Assembly (NCBI GenBank): GCA_050246315.1
Contig: JBFWWG010000023.1
Span: 1-28,685 of the forward strand
Source: Nitrospiraceae bacterium
GTDB taxonomy: Bacteria; Nitrospirota; Nitrospiria; Nitrospirales; Nitrospiraceae
DNA length: 28,685 nucleotides
Reading direction: 5' to 3'
Below are positions 28,565 to 28,685 of this stretch, piece after piece; the first letter of the stretch is position 1, and each line of letters starts with the position of its first letter. The notes under the pieces are model-generated. The model did no database searches. It was not told where the DNA came from and saw only the letters and a list, made by a program, of their open reading frames with translations. The position numbers and the translations under genes are program-made.

Positions 28565-28685
28565 TGTAGCGCTGCATAAGTGTCTTGACGTATCAAGATC
28601 CGTGGCTATCACCGTTCACGGAGGTGATGACCATGCGACGAGCTCCACAGCTTCACGTGACCGACGATGAACACACACAATTACA
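28564..28685 (+). mobile_element. Left end of a probable IS630-family element; transposase ORF begins at 28633 and is cut by the window edge
   Basis: CTA|GTGTAGCGCTGCATAAGT end at a TA/CTAG target. TTGACG-16-TATCAC promoter-like motif and GGAGGT RBS. The peptide MRRAPQLHVTDDEHTQL resembles the MR.A..I.LT.EE...L N-termini of IS630 transposases. Confidence 0.6.

Overview
Bacterial chromosomal window of roughly 58-60% GC (estimated by eye), probably origin-proximal and probably Nitrospira-like; the taxon is inferred from gene content and the intergenic repeat family. The core is a long minus-strand run: rpmH-rnpA-yidD-yidC-mnmE-mnmG-rsmG-parA-parB, two bactofilins, mnmA, then atpH-atpA-atpD-atpC. 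It carries two perfect parS sites and clear sigma70 promoters. Three anomalies stand out in the core: the F1 operon has no atpG, and a MITE-like repeat fills the gap where it should be; an unannotated 51-aa single-TM ORF starts in frame right after the atpC stop; and dnaA is not next to rpmH. Left of the core are an Anbu (proteasome-like protease) plus DUF2126 transglutaminase pair and an accessory patch. That patch holds an IS1-like remnant, an orphan wzt, an Mpr1-like GNAT, a low-GC UDG-fold gene, a Phd/RelE TA pair and a DUF3365 heme protein. Right of the core is a putatively sigma54-controlled envelope cluster (small exported protein, helical lipoprotein, YkuD lipoprotein) with MITE copies on both sides of the YkuD gene. 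The window ends in the left end of a probable IS630 element. All family calls come from motif recognition, not database searches.
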